Positions 1 through 13,990 of a stretch of DNA of 64,000 bases are shown here, piece after piece; position 1 is the stretch's first letter; each line of letters starts with the position of its first letter. Both the position numbers and the translations under genes were made by a program. Under the pieces are notes generated by a model. It was given only the letters and a program-made list of their open reading frames with translations, made no database searches and had not been told where the DNA came from. Source of the DNA: Octopus vulgaris (Eukaryota); contig OX597814.1 in assembly GCA_951406725.2 (NCBI GenBank), positions 14,198,001 to 14,262,000 on the forward strand. The letters are read 5' to 3'.

Positions 1-2088
1 GCTATGATCGTGGTGACAGGGAAAATTTTGGCGACTTTCTTCGTGACGTTCCTTGAAGCGATATTCTTGCTAAACCTGCTGAGGCTTTTGCTGGGGAAGT
101 TACTACTTGGATTTCCGCTGGTATTAACACCTCCATACCATCTTGCAAATACCATTTCAAACTGCATTCCTCAATCTGGTTTTCTCCCGCTTGTACTGCT
201 GCTATCGCCCATTGTAATCATTTTTTCCAATAGTTTCAGCGAGATAATTCCGCAGCGAATAAACAGCATTTCAGCAATCACTGTATGGCTGTCATTCGTG
301 ATGTTAAATCAGACAACGAGCAACACATGCATGATCGAATATCATCCCAGAAAGTAGGCTCTCGTGACTTCTGGAGAATTATTAAATGTGTTAGAGGTAA
401 CAATAAGCCTTGTATTATTCCTTTATTCAACGGACCTGAGGTCTTGACAATTTTAAATAATAAAGCAGAGCTCTTTGCTCAACTGTTTTCTCGATGATTC
501 TGTTCATCCACTTACTGATGTTTTTCTCAAAACTGATAAACTGTTACACAGTTGTCATATTAATTCTCTTACGGTTGCGGCCATTGTGGTACAGTTGGGT
601 CCGTGTAAAGCAACTGCACCTGATGGTATTCCAGTCATCGTTCTTCAGAAGTGCTCTCCTGAGTTGTCATCTGTCTTACCAAGTCACTTCCGAAAGTGTA
701 TCTCAGAATCTTGTTTTCCTTCTTTATGGAAATCCCCAGTTAATTTTCCTCTCTTTAAGAAATGTGATGATCGATCTAATCCTCGTAATTACTGACCAAT
801 CAGTTTACTACCAATCGTCACTAATGTTTTTGAGTCCTTGATTAATGACTCTCTTGTAAAATATTTTGACTCAAGTCGTTTATTCTCCGTCTCTCAATAT
901 GGTTTCCGTGACGGACGATCTACTGCTGATTGTCTCACTGTTATAGCCAAGCGTTATATCATGGCTTCAATGTATCTGGTGGAGATAGGTAAGCTACTCT
1001 TGATATCTCCAAGGTATACGATAGGGTTTGGTATACTGGATTTCTGTGGAAGATCCAATCCTTTGATGTGTCAGGTTTTATGCTGAACATGATCTCCTTT
1101 TTCCTTTATGGCTGTAGGATCAAGGTTGGTCTTGATGGTCAATCTTCATCAAGTTATTTTATTAATGCTGGGGTTCCTCAAGGATCTGTCCTGGGCCCAA
1201 CTCTCTTTCTTCTTTTTATCAATGATCTACCTGATCATATCATCTGTTAGCTTGTAATCTATGCTAATGACTCTACTTTGTACTCTTGTTAGGACAAATC
1301 TGATGACTTGTCTGATAAGGTTGAGGTCGCTGCTGACCTTCAGAATGATCTTCGATATATTGTTGAGAGGGGTTGGACATGGCTTGCAACGTTCAATCCA
1401 TCGAAAACTAAACTTCTTTCCATTAATCGCTTCAGTTATAATTCATTGTCATCGGTTTCGATGGTGGGTATTCTCTTACCTGAGAGTCATTTTTGACGTC
1501 TCCTAGGAATGACTTTCTGTAATAATCTTTTTTGGAGGACTGACATTGAATCGATTGCAATGAATGTAGACTCACTCCTTCGTTCAAGAAGTTATTTCAC
1601 TCAAGAGACTATTCTTTATCTTTATAACTTTACTTTCATATTTCACCCCTGTATTGAGTACTATTGTCACTATGGGCAGGTGCTCCTGCGGGTTGTTTAA
1701 CGCTGTTGGACCTATTTGTAATGCTCATCTCTCATCTAAATTGGATTAACTCACTCATCATCGTACTGAGGCTAGCTTGTCTTTTTTCTCTGGTTCCTCC
1801 TTTAAGAACTTATTAGTGATCAACTGGACTTGCATCCAGTTCTCATCAATAAACTGTGCAACCTCCTAAGTTACGTAAATCACTTTACAGTACCAATTTC
1901 TTACCTCGCACCTCTGAAGTTTGGAATTCACTTTCACTATCTTGTTTTCCTCTTCAATATGACCTTCACTCTTTTAATTTTAATGTACATCATCACCTAT
2001 TGACTTCTATATAGCCTCTATTTTATTCTAGTGGTTCTTACGTTTTCAGTTGTCTAAGGACCTTGTAACGAGCGAACGCTTAAAAAAA
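1..2088 (+). mobile_element. Decayed non-LTR retrotransposon (CR1/Jockey group), RT region and 3' end, with frameshifts and stops
   Basis: Motifs spread over several frames: KAELFAQLF, KATAPDGIP, NY-PISLLP, QYGFR, GVPQGSVLGPTLFLLFINDL, YAND (degenerate YADD), FNPSKTK; short A tail near 2081-2088. Confidence 0.88.
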
Positions 2089-4779
2089 TCTCCACATACC
2101 AAGCGATCTGCTATTTACTTTTATCCTATCACCACGTGCTTCTCCTCTTTTTAGTTTCTACTGATTCCGTAATATATTCGGCCTGGCTATTAAATCAAAG
2201 AATACATTCTTCGAAATAATTCTACAAATGTAAAGCAATATCTGTTAAATGCAAGAAATATTTATGTGTGTGTGTGTGTATGCATTTATGTATGTATGTA
2301 TGTCTACATATACTACATGTATATATATGTATATATATATACACGTGTATATTCTATCTGTATGTGTACATAAATATGTGAACCATTAAGTATATAGTTT
2401 GACATATGACTACCAAAACACTTATGCATATATGCATTTGATATGACTATAAAACAGAGATTTTATGAAAAAAATGGCTTCTGAAATGTGAATGTCAATA
2501 TACATAGCCATATATCATTTCAGTGGTGAGTAGACTGTGAATAATACAAACGTATGTCTGAATAACATCAGTTAGTGTAAAGATATCTAAATAATATAGA
2601 ATTGAATTTATTATGTTGCATTATGATCATATACTTTATCCTAGTTATTGTTTCGTTTAATATAAAAGATGTCTGAGTTGTTATGAAAGTGTAAGTTAGA
2701 AGGCATTTGCTATCATATTTATTTGATTTAATCACGGTTTTGTTTAACAGGTTTTCCTCTCTTCCTACCTCTTCATATTTATCATCATTTAAAAAGCCTC
2801 TTTTAGTTCACAGGCTTTAGATTTTGTTACATAAGGAAATCACTAAAGACTGTGTTTTCAGTAAACTGAATACAAACCAGAATAAAAGAGATACTGGTTT
2901 CTCATTATTTTCTTCGATACATAAATATATCTTTAGATTTGCAATGAAATGTAAATATATCAAATCTTGATAAGTTTAAATGACCTAGTCACGGACACAA
3001 CAAGCTGCTGCTCACCTAATAAACAGAAATGATACCAAATTCACTATCCGTGATCATGTCATCACAATTCTTCAGCTAAAGTCATTTCTACAGTTGTTCA
3101 GCGAATGGTAAACCCGGATTAACAGTTGGCGTATTTTCAGGTTTCTATCTATATGCAATGATTTTCGTTGATACGCCCCTCCTAATAAGTGTGTAAAGAA
3201 GTTCACATATTGTCATTGACCTATCCTAATCAAACGCATGTATTTTTATGCAAATATTAAACTAATCTATGCAAAATATAACCAATCAATATTGCCTTAT
3301 AAGAGAAACCTCACAAAGTTTGTCGATTACATAAAATCTGCAATCTCTCTCCTAGTTATCGTAATCAACCCATCAACCTGAAATTGCCTTCGACGGGATT
3401 TGAAATGTAAAATTAAACGAGAATAATAGCATAATGCATTTTTACCAATAGTGTATGCATTATTCCTGCCATAACAAACATTAATGAGATACAATATAAC
3501 AATGCTATTCCTATAATATTGTTAAACATGTTCTGCGTGTGACCTTTTATCCGTAACATTACACCTTATTATGGCAGGATTTGTGACACTAATGCCTACA
3601 ATATATAGGAAAATAGTCAGGCATTAACAACCCAGGCATTAACAACTCAGGGGCCAAGTCCTATGAGAAAAGGTTCCTAGAAAACTATCTTCCAAAGAAA
3701 CTATGGAAATTTGGTATACACACAATCCACCGATTAACATTCAGTATTGCCTTACTATTTACTGCAAAAATGCAAAAAAATGATCAGTGACCGACAAAGA
3801 AATACCAAATCATTATAATGCACATAAACAAATTGAAAATCTACGGAATTTCATCAACTTAACTATAATTACTTTCAATATTAACATATTGTGGAAGTTA
3901 AAAAAATATTCGATAACCTAGCTGGAAAGCGTTAAATTCATGTAACTATCCACGCAAATTCGTGTATATAATTAAGTAATGCATAGAGGATAGATTAATT
4001 CTAAGTTTGTATGATATTGTCTGAGTAACAGATGTATTTAGCAGGTATTTATTGAATCTGATTATCGTATAGTGAAAGCTAATATGTTTCTTTATACAGC
4101 AACACCACTAGACTCTTTGTTAATGATAGTTTGATATATCCAACTCTTACACAAAACACGATATGCAATCTGTTGCGGTGTTGTATATGTTGCCATAAAG
4201 TCTACAATTTCAGATGTACTACAAATAATATCCAGTATTTATGTAACCCCATTGTGTGAATTATACATAGTGGGCGTGAGTTATATATATTTCAGACACT
4301 GCAAATGGCAATATTGTAATACGATTACTGAGTAAATTGTACGACATCTTCATAGTGTTCCGTGGCTTGATACGGCATATATTAAAACGAAACAACGAAA
4401 TTTCTACGCAGTGGGATCAGAAAAGTGAAAACTACCTTAACAGAAAACTTTCTGTGATCTATTTCTACTTCGAAGCTTGCTCAGCAACATATCTATGGTC
4501 ATAACGAACACAGTGTTAGCCTACATATATATCTGAATAAACTATAGCATATTCACAATTTATAACGTCTTTAATCACGGATCTAGTCAGTCTAGCATCA
4601 GTTCAGACAAGGTTGAACAAGAAACAGCAATTCTTAGCATAAAAAAAAACATCGAATATAAAAGAAGCTAAAATCGAAATATTTCTTTCTTTTCAACAGG
4701 AAATTCATCTTTTAAGAATTAGATATGACACATAACACATGAAGAAAAGAGAGGAATGATATATGTATATATATATATA

Positions 4780-5256
4780 ATTTGAGAATAAACTATGAGA
4801 TAAAGTTGGAAGAGATTTTGTACAAGATTTTTATATATGTCCTTAACATTCAGTAGTATGTTATGTGAAAAAAAACTCATATATATGGGTAGCTATGGCT
4901 GCATCATTAACAGATTCATTTCGTAACCATGTGATTCTAGTACCTACTCACATCTACCTGCCTGATTTTAGAACTAAATCTTCGGTGTTATTTTTTAAAC
5001 AAACACCATATTACGTTGGTCTAATGGTAGCACACTTAAGGCGAATACATAGAGGTGTGGGTTCGAGTCCTATGCGTACGGAAAACGCAATTGTTTTCCG
5101 TTGAGAGCTTATATGCCCCAATATTAAACAATTTTCCCTAGTCAATACATGGTAATCGCTTATAAGCTCTAAGCTTATAAAATATTATTCTTTACAGAAT
5201 TGCAATACGTCAACCCTTCTCAATTTATCGTAGAAAACGCATGCTTATTTGTTTAA
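4780..5256 (-). mobile_element. TA-flanked putative PLE terminal fragment with hammerhead-like motif
   Basis: Bounded by TA tracts; minus-strand TAACA-CCGAAGA...CGAAATGAATC-TGTTA at 4908-4990 reads toward the left TA tract, as in the other PLE termini here. Confidence 0.45.
5012..5078 (+). pseudogene. tRNA-like sequence (Pol III A/B boxes), not a functional tRNA
   Basis: A box TGGTCTAATGG, B box GGTTCGAGTCC, T-arm GTGGG/CCTAT, partial acceptor TACGT/GCGTA; anticodon arm does not pair. Confidence 0.55.
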
Positions 5257-6243
5257 TATATATATATATGAGTTAGCGTGTGTATTGCTCAACACAACAT
5301 ATTTCAATATATATTGTGAGAGTTTTGGTTGGTATATTCTTGCTGCTAAGCAATAACCAACTTTCATGTTTATTAACCCGATATATTTTCCATATACCTA
5401 GTTATCTATTCATAGTTATCACTTTCCTTCTCTCCCTCCTCTCTCTCTTTATATACATACAAACGTGGGTTTCTATCTTATTTCGCTTTAACAGAAAACA
5501 ATTGAAATCTGTATGTGTTTGTTTTCATACCCGCAACTTAACGATTTTGTACTTAAAACGAGTATTAGGATCGATTTTAGCAAATGAAACCAAGTCATAA
5601 AAATATTATGATTGTTGAAATTTGAAACAGAAAAATTTCCTAACCCATAGAGTTAACCTCTTATCTATGATAGTAAAGAAGACAACACGTTTAAAGCAAA
5701 GATCATTTCTAATTTAACCTTCCTGTAACACTTTTAAATTAATCTATTGATTGAATACTGAACTGAAGTAATGAGGTTCATGACCCATACATAAAGCCAC
5801 TATAGCAATAATTTGATATTAAAAATTCCTACATCTGCTTATCAGATATCAAAAGCATTCATCACTGAACCCATAAACATTGTAAACATATGAAAGCATT
5901 AAGCAGCTTTTTCTATCCAATATTCGTGAATTATTCGTTCTGTGGAGTAACACTGATTATAGTGTAAATACTTGTATATAATGAATAATATGTGGGTTCG
6001 TATGTCTGTTTGCTAGTGTGTGTGTGTAAGTTCATAGATATATGGTTATAGATAAATGAGAAGTACAAATTCACATCATCAACTGCAATTCAAAGCAGAA
6101 TTTTAGTGGTATACTAATTTAAGCTCTCAGAATGCATACCTATTAGTTCGAGTTACACAGACAAAATCTCCCCATATCTTACACACATACACACACACAC
6201 GCACACACACACACACACTCACACATACCCCCCACACACATAT

Positions 6244-6286
<43 letters not shown>

Positions 6287-6505
6287 AATTTAGGTCAGTT
6301 AGTTAAAATATGTTTGTGACATATTTCAACGTCTAAAGACAAATTCTCTGTAGTTACCGAGTACTAAAATTTTCTCTTATGGATTCCCAGGCGCATTTCT
6401 AGATCTTTAGCAATTACCAATGGGAAGTACCGAAGAGAGGCAACTCTGGACCGCAGCGCAACTCTGAGTTGCGCCAATTTACATTTAAAAGGCATTCATG
6501 TTGGA

Positions 6506-7158
6506 AATAGTACGTAAATATTAATGACTTGTAGGTACGTGGCATTTCCTTATGTAAACATAATATGCTATAAATTATATTAAACGTTGTCATGAGACAA
6601 TACCACGTTCTCCTGCGTTAGCAGCGCGCTTTTCTACATTATTTATTAAGTTTATCTCTATAGATAATCTAGAGAAACTACAGCCGGCACTGCTTTGCTT
6701 CGACGTTTCTTATTGACATGTCAGGTTTAAACAATGTGATGGAATATGATAAAACTGGCAATGAGTGTATTCCTCTTCCATGAATGCGATTAATATGTAA
6801 ATTGGTGTATCCAGTTCCTACACACCACTAGATATAGTGGATATTTAAGCAATGTGTTCAAGAATGATTAATGGGTTAGATGGGTGCTGATAAAGGGGCG
6901 AAACCGCACGAAATATGGCATAAACGCCCATCACCTGTTATGCATCTGACGTCTCGATACGAAACTTGGTAGCAAAAATCTATAGTTTATATAGATTATA
7001 TACAGAGATAACCATATAAATAATGTAGAAAAGTTCACTGTGTTAATGCTGCAGAACGTCGTATTGACTTATGAAAACGTTTAATATAATTTATAGAATA
7101 TTATGTATGCATAACGAAATACCACGTACCTACATGTCACTAATATGTAAATAGACTG
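6506..7158. mobile_element. MITE / non-autonomous DNA transposon with ~170 bp diverged inverted repeats (Tc1/mariner-like end)
   Basis: About 6510-6680 is the reverse complement of about 6982-7155 (e.g. TGTAGGTACGTGG/CCACGTACCTACA, CTATAAATTATATTAAACGTT/AACGTTTAATATAATTTATAG); right end reads TA-CAGT on the minus strand. Confidence 0.7.
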
Positions 7159-8246
7159 TACGGGAGGTTAGGAGAAAGTATTCTCAACTCAAAAGCCTGG
7201 CCCAGCAGCCAGCGAAAGACTGGACTCTGCTAAAAGCACTCCAGATGACTGGTGGTGGTCTTTAAATGGGTAATAGTTTAAGTGCAGCATTTACGTTAAC
7301 TGTAAAATGATTTGAAATCAAAGAAATAGAACAAACAACAGAAAACTCCGATTTCGATCTTTTTAAAGCTTCACCTATGCACATCTCTGGTTTGGTATTT
7401 TCTTTCTATCGAAACCGAAATGATGATAGACAAAGTTGAGATTTGATGAGCGCAGAGATTCGAAACTAATGCCGCGAAGTATTGTGTGTGGCACTCTAAT
7501 AAATCTGCCAATTCATCATTCTATGTGTGATATGACACATTTATAGCTGATGGTTACATTGAATTAAGTGTAAGCACATATCCCCGCTGTGGAGAAAAAA
7601 GTTATTATGATGAAAAAAATATATATGTTTATTCGAAAAACGTAGATATACAATATAGAAATATACGCCCGATCACTTAATGTCTTTCTAATATATTTAT
7701 TTCATGAATATATATATACATCATAATTTTTCATTTTTGTTTTTTTTATTTTAGAAAACAATTTTCTTTGGGAAGACCACAGTAAACGACCTCGAAATCT
7801 ACATTTTCCCATATCTGATTTAGACAATACAATTTATCGTAAATGGTTCTAAGACCTCACTATTATTCATTGTAGAATAAATGGAACTAGTATGCCAAAT
7901 GTTTTGAAAATAAACGACAACTTGCAAGTAACACCGGAGTTTTGTGGGATCGGTTTATAAGGAAGCAACGTATACCGGAAACAAAACTGCTATAAAGCTA
8001 ACTATTTATGTGATATATACATGTGTGTGTGTCAGTGTGACTGTCTGCGTGTGTGAGTGAGCATATGGAATATGTATATATCTGCGCGCGTGTGTGTGTG
8101 TAACTATATATATTGATATACGCATAATTTGTCTAAGTGGCGGTGTTCTCGTTTTGTCGTGATACTTAAAACATATCTATAAAAAGCATCATTTTCTCAT
8201 CGTCTCACAACAATGATTTTAATGTTTAAATATTTGAATTTCCCAA

Positions 8247-8820
8247 GGCGGCGAGCTGGCAGAATCGTTAGCAGGCCGGACGAAATTCTTAGCGGTATTT
8301 CGTCTGCTGCTACGTTCAGAGTTCAAATTCCGCCGAGGTCGACTTTGCCTTTCATCCTTTCGGAGTCGATAAATTAGGTACCAGTTATACACTGGGGTCG
8401 ACTTAATCCGTCTGTCTGTCCTTGTGTGTCTCCTCTGTGTTTAGCCCCTTGTGGGTAGTAAAGAAATAGGTATTTTGTCTGCCGTTACGTTCTGAGTTCA
8501 AATTCCACCAAGGTCGACTTTGCCGTTCATCCTATCCGGATCGATTAAATAAGTGCCAGTTATGCACCGAGGTCGATGTAATCGACTTAATCCGTTTGTC
8601 TCTCCTTGTCTGTCCCCCACTGTGTTTAGCCTCTTGTGGGTAGTAAAGAAATAGGTATTTCGTCTATCTTTATGTTCTGAGTTCAAATTCCGCTGAGGTC
8701 GACTTTGCCTTTCATCCTAATGGGGTTGATGAATTAAGTACCAGTTGCGTACTGGATCGATATAATCGGCTGGCCCCCTCCCAAAAAATGTAGGGCCTTA
8801 TGCCTAGAGTAGAAAAGAAT
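8247..8820 (+). mobile_element. tRNA-derived SINE family A, internal tandem trimer
   Basis: Head GGCGGCGAGCTGGCAGAATCG; body GAGTTCAAATTCC...GAGGTCGACTTTGCC repeated three times with 175-185 bp period. Confidence 0.85.
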
Positions 8821-9744
8821 ATTTCAATTTCTCATTCTCTTCTATCTAAAGACTCTTACCACGTTGTCTAACAATATTCCACATGAGACAAAATCTAGAA
8901 GAGAGAAATAAATAAGAGAGAAGAAACTGAAAGAGAGAATGATTGACACATCAGAAGATAACTTAGCGATTGTGATGAGGAGGGGAATTTGTCCATGAAG
9001 ATAATCAGAGTGATAGAGAGATATAGTCGAATAGACAGAAAGATGAAACGAAAACATTTATGTATGCAAGAAATATTTTACTTGTCTTGCCAAGAAGTTT
9101 AGCCAGATCTTTTGCAACACACAATTTATTTCTTTTAATGACTATAAGGATAAGCTTGCTTATTCAGACTGAAAAAAGCATCAGTAAAACAAGAAACTAT
9201 CTCATCGGTCATTTTTACCAGCTAGAAATAACAGCCAAATATTCTTAAAATAAAACTCTACGACATCGAATAATTTCGAATATTTTAGACGGTGCAACAC
9301 AAGGTCTGATGTGAGAATAAACTTTATGTTAAGGGTGGAGTAGATTTTAATTATATGTTATCTAGAACAAGACTGATTTGTGGTTAAATGACAACGACTC
9401 TGGTTGCAGTCAGAACGAAGATGACATCACAGACATCGATAACAGCAACATTGCCAGCAGTAAGAACACTGAAGATAATGCGATGCGTTAAAACTAGTAG
9501 ATCTCAATTGTATAGTCAGTGATATCATAGGAAGAAATATGTACAAAAACGGATGAATACTTCTGATGCGTGACTTTGTGCGAACAAAATGCTGAATACT
9601 TTTCATTATACGTATGTTCACCCATTCTCATAGAAATAAGCACTAAGTTACCTCAAACAACATTTAGTACATTCAGTGTCTCTCTATGTATGTAGTTATC
9701 AGGTCAGTAGTGTTTAGCTAGTAGTATATACCTACCATTTTCCG

Positions 9745-9782
<38 letters not shown>

Positions 9783-9857
9783 CCTACCATTTTTTGCCGT
9801 GGGATGTTAATTAAAACAACAAAACGTTCATTCATCAACATTTAAGAAATCTCAACC

Positions 9858-10190
<333 letters not shown>

Positions 10191-10439
10191 GCACTGCGCA
10201 TAAGAGCGTTATAGCTCACTTGAAGCATTGGAATACAGAAGTGGGAAAAGATAATGAAAATAAAGAAACATCAGAAAGTTTTGCAATAACCTATATAATC
10301 CAAACACAAAGGCCCGTCCTCGGCAGTAGAAGCAACTCTCCATCTGCTGGTGGAAGCAACTCTCCGACTGTTGGTTGCTGTGACGTATTTTCACAGCAAC
10401 CAACATATTTACAAGAAGGAGTGGGTGGGATATGACATG

Positions 10440-11060
10440 ATTCTGGTCGCAGTAGCATTAATATTCTTATAGTGGCTTCTATAAAACAATCGCGGCGACT
10501 GTGAGAGAAGGTCTTCCAGAAATTAGCTTATCATGAGGCACGATTAAGTGGCCAGAAGTGTCTCGAACAGGATTACAAAAATTTACGTTATTGAGACTGA
10601 CGGATCAACAAATACAAATGGATTTTAACAATTAAAACAGCCACCAAGTTAAAACACAACGGGCGAGATAACGTTGTGTGTGTCTACAAACAAATGGTAT
10701 ACACTCCTGTGGAAATCAGCTGCCTCCTGACATAAATGTAGTTGGAAATTGGTTAGAAATTGGTTAAAAATTCAAGAGAATGAGGACATCTATGGTCCAT
10801 GGGAAAGGAGTTTGCAAATTCAGTAGTCAATATGCACCATCAGTTTCAAGCACATTCTTAATGGTGCAATAGGTATATATACCACCTGTCTGGAAGAAAA
10901 TATGGCTGAACTTAAAAGCTTGGGGAGAAAAATACGTCCTTAATTATTTTTGTACAAATGATCATGATATCGGCAACTAGATTTAAAGGATAACCATTAA
11001 ATCAAGATACTTTCCTTCACAATCTTGCTATCAGGTCGGTGGCCAGTCAAACGTTTACTC
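10440..11060 (+). mobile_element. Highly decayed R4/Dong-like RLE LINE fragment
   Basis: GTGGAAATCAGCTG (VEISC) also present in the RLE domain at 29165; downstream GAIG-like motif. Confidence 0.35.
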
Positions 11061-12842
11061 TAAATAAAAAAGGGAAAAAGCCATACATATATACATAATC
11101 TCTGTGACCGTACAAATTCCGGTACATTCGATCAAGTCTATGCCCAATGACTTTAACTCACTGACCTCTAAATATATTCCACGCTGATATCTGTGCTTAC
11201 AGTCGGTGTGAGTACAGCCTAAAATGCAAGTATTGTATTTGCTTGAAATACCAGTTTCAAATGTTCATATTGGCAAATAAACGAAAACGAACACAGCGTA
11301 TTCAGTCAAAGAGAATTCTCCACAGTATGGAAGAAGAAAAAAAAAACAAGTTCAATAAACCAAATCTAATAATTTTACAGCATATGGATACGCTATAAAA
11401 TTAGTAATTAAACAGTCATTCAATCGAAGCCAATTCATTTCACCTGAGCCAGCAAATCCTTTGTAAAGGACATGAATGCTATACAAATGTTGATATTTTC
11501 CTATAAAATTCTGACCTTCAACATGAAGTAGAAATATGTCTTAATGTGTACCAATTGATGATAATATTGATTTTTAATTTTCAAAATCAGTAGCAAGTCA
11601 TGGTAATATTTGGAGGCGGAAATTTTATTTTTAGTAATGTCAGCTAACAAGGCATGTCAAATTATTAATATTCCTGATAATTACATTTGAATCTTTTTTT
11701 ATTTACACTTTCGTAGGATAGGGTGATTTAATTTATAGTTTTTGAACTTAGGTACAACACATGAACAGTGATAATTTGCGAATCAGCAGTCTATTAACTG
11801 AGTGTCCGATGATTTATCGACGAAAATATACGCCGCTGTTGATGGCGTATATAAAATTTCAAAACTCACTAAAACCATGAGAAATTTCCTAATGTTTTTA
11901 TATAGTAATTCAATGAATATATTTCTTGTTGTTAAAGTCGCCATTTACACTTAACACTAGTTTTGCAAATGTTTCCGGTTATTGATCGCACTAACATTAG
12001 CGACAGAAAAGATAAGTAGTTACAATATTGTTTCTTTCTAAATTCTTTCAGAAGCAAAGCAGAAAAGCGTTTTCCAGAATTGTAAAAATTCAGCAATTTT
12101 GAATAAGAGGATTATTAAGTATTCAGTGAAACTAAAATAAATAGTAACAGAAATATATAGTATTCATAATCAGAAATATACTTCAGTGCATTAATGAAAA
12201 TAATCTTATATATGCGAATTATTGCTTTTGAAATAAACTGACTATGAAATAATATTAACATAAAATACGATCACATTTGAGATCTTTAGGTTAAATAAAT
12301 AGTTTAATACATTAGCGTCCATAATAGGCTTTTAATAGTTGGGTTTCGACAGAAATGCTAGTGTGATCAGACAAAATGCTTGGTTTTTAAAGTCGGAGTT
12401 TTGGTTTGTTTGGACTGGGTTTCGTTGCCGATTTGTGTCATCATCTTATAGGTCATCATGGTACAATTGAACCCGAAGCAACTAACATTATTGTTTAGGC
12501 AATAACTTTAACAATAAGTTTTATTAGATCTAATACATAACCTAGAATGACGTAAACCTGGCAACTAACAAAATATGTGAATCAACATGCACAAGTATGT
12601 AGGAAACACGAGGTTTCCTATAGGAATGGAATCTAATGGTAAAAACTCAAAAACTTATGAAGGGACAAGAAACGGAATAGAAACGTGTAAATTGTTTCAT
12701 AGGCTTCTTAATACTAATGTATTCTAGTCACTGGAGTTTGCGTGAAAAGACATAGCAATACAAAAATGGGCTGACTCTAATGTACGTTAATATATGAGTG
12801 TGTTTGAAACTGCGTTCATATATATAAATATATACATATATA

Positions 12843-13840
12843 TCAAGATTAATCAGCCGAAATTACTACGATGATCCGGTTCTTGACTGAAGACTGAGGG
12901 TTTCGAATGTCCTGTCCGTGTTTATTGTATCGTCTTCTAAGAGTTATACGTTCTTGTCCATGTTGTATTTTTCTACATACCTTAACATATATTCCAGGCG
13001 CCCCGTACCCCCCTTAACATTTATGTGAGCACATATTCTTAATAATTGGTACGACTCTCTGTTTGTCTCTCTCTCTCTCTCATTTTTACTTGATCTGTCC
13101 CCCTCTCTCTCTTTTCTCTCTACTCATCCTCTTTTTCTCTTCTCTTTCCTCTGATTCTTTGGTCTAGTCTTCCACTACCCTCCTATTTCTTTGTCTCGCT
13201 CTGCACTCACAGGTCATTCTTCGACACCCATTCCATCTCCTCTCTGATTCCTTCTTTCTCTCTCTTCTCTCTCTTTGTTGCGTTTGTCCCTCCTCTCTCT
13301 CTCTCCTCTCTCTCTCTTCCTTTGCTTCTCTTTCTTTTCCTTTCCCTCTTCTCTGTCACGTGACTGTTGGCCGAAATCTGCCTTTCAGCTCCTGACCCTC
13401 GTCGTGTTAACATCGCTGTTTTCGTCCGCCACTATAAAGGCTTTTTCCATTGGGCCAGAGAAAAAATTTGTTTGCTTGTTATCAGTCGTAAGACACTGTT
13501 GTTTTCACTGTTAATGCTTCTGTAATTCATGTTTCTGTATTCCATTATTGTTTTTTGTTTTTTTATATCTGTCCCTTTTGCTGTCCTGGTGTTCGTATGC
13601 ATTCGATCCTTCTTCCAGGAAATCTACGCTTCCAGCTTAGTTTTTCTAATGCTCGTTGCTTAGTTTTTCTTGGAGGGCTGGCCGTGATCTAGTAATCTCA
13701 AGATTAATCAGCCGAAATTACTACGATGATCCGGTTCTTGACTGAAGACTGAGGGTTTCGAATGTCCTGTCCGTGTTTATTGTATCGTCTTCTAAGAGTT
13801 ATACGTTCTTGTCCATGTTGTATTTTTCTACATACCTTAA
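12843..13840 (+). mobile_element. Non-coding partial-tandem element with identical 143 bp direct repeats, inserted in TA (PLE/retrozyme-like layout)
   Basis: 12843-12985 is identical to 13698-13840; TA tracts on both sides; CT-rich interior with no RT; diverged family member at about 29763-29985 (-). Confidence 0.75.
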
Positions 13841-13856
13841 TATATATATATATATA

Positions 13857-13912
<56 letters not shown>

Positions 13913-13990
13913 CATACATATATATATACACACATACATATATACAAAATATGGGGGCTTAGTTCACTGGTGATCTACACAAGGTACGCT

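Noticed and set aside
5012-5078. Functional tRNA gene
   Set aside because: Acceptor stem incomplete and anticodon arm unpaired.
8247-8820. Regularly spaced repeats as a CRISPR-like array
   Set aside because: Whole units are homologous with no unique spacers; this is a eukaryotic SINE multimer.
9400-9621. Cys-rich short ORF (-) or a terminal exon QNEDD...AMR (+)
   Set aside because: No recognisable homology or convincing splice context; compatible with chance.
13712-13765. GAAA...CTGAAGA as a permuted (type II) hammerhead
   Set aside because: The required stems I and II do not form consistently in either family member; a simple long hairpin fits better.
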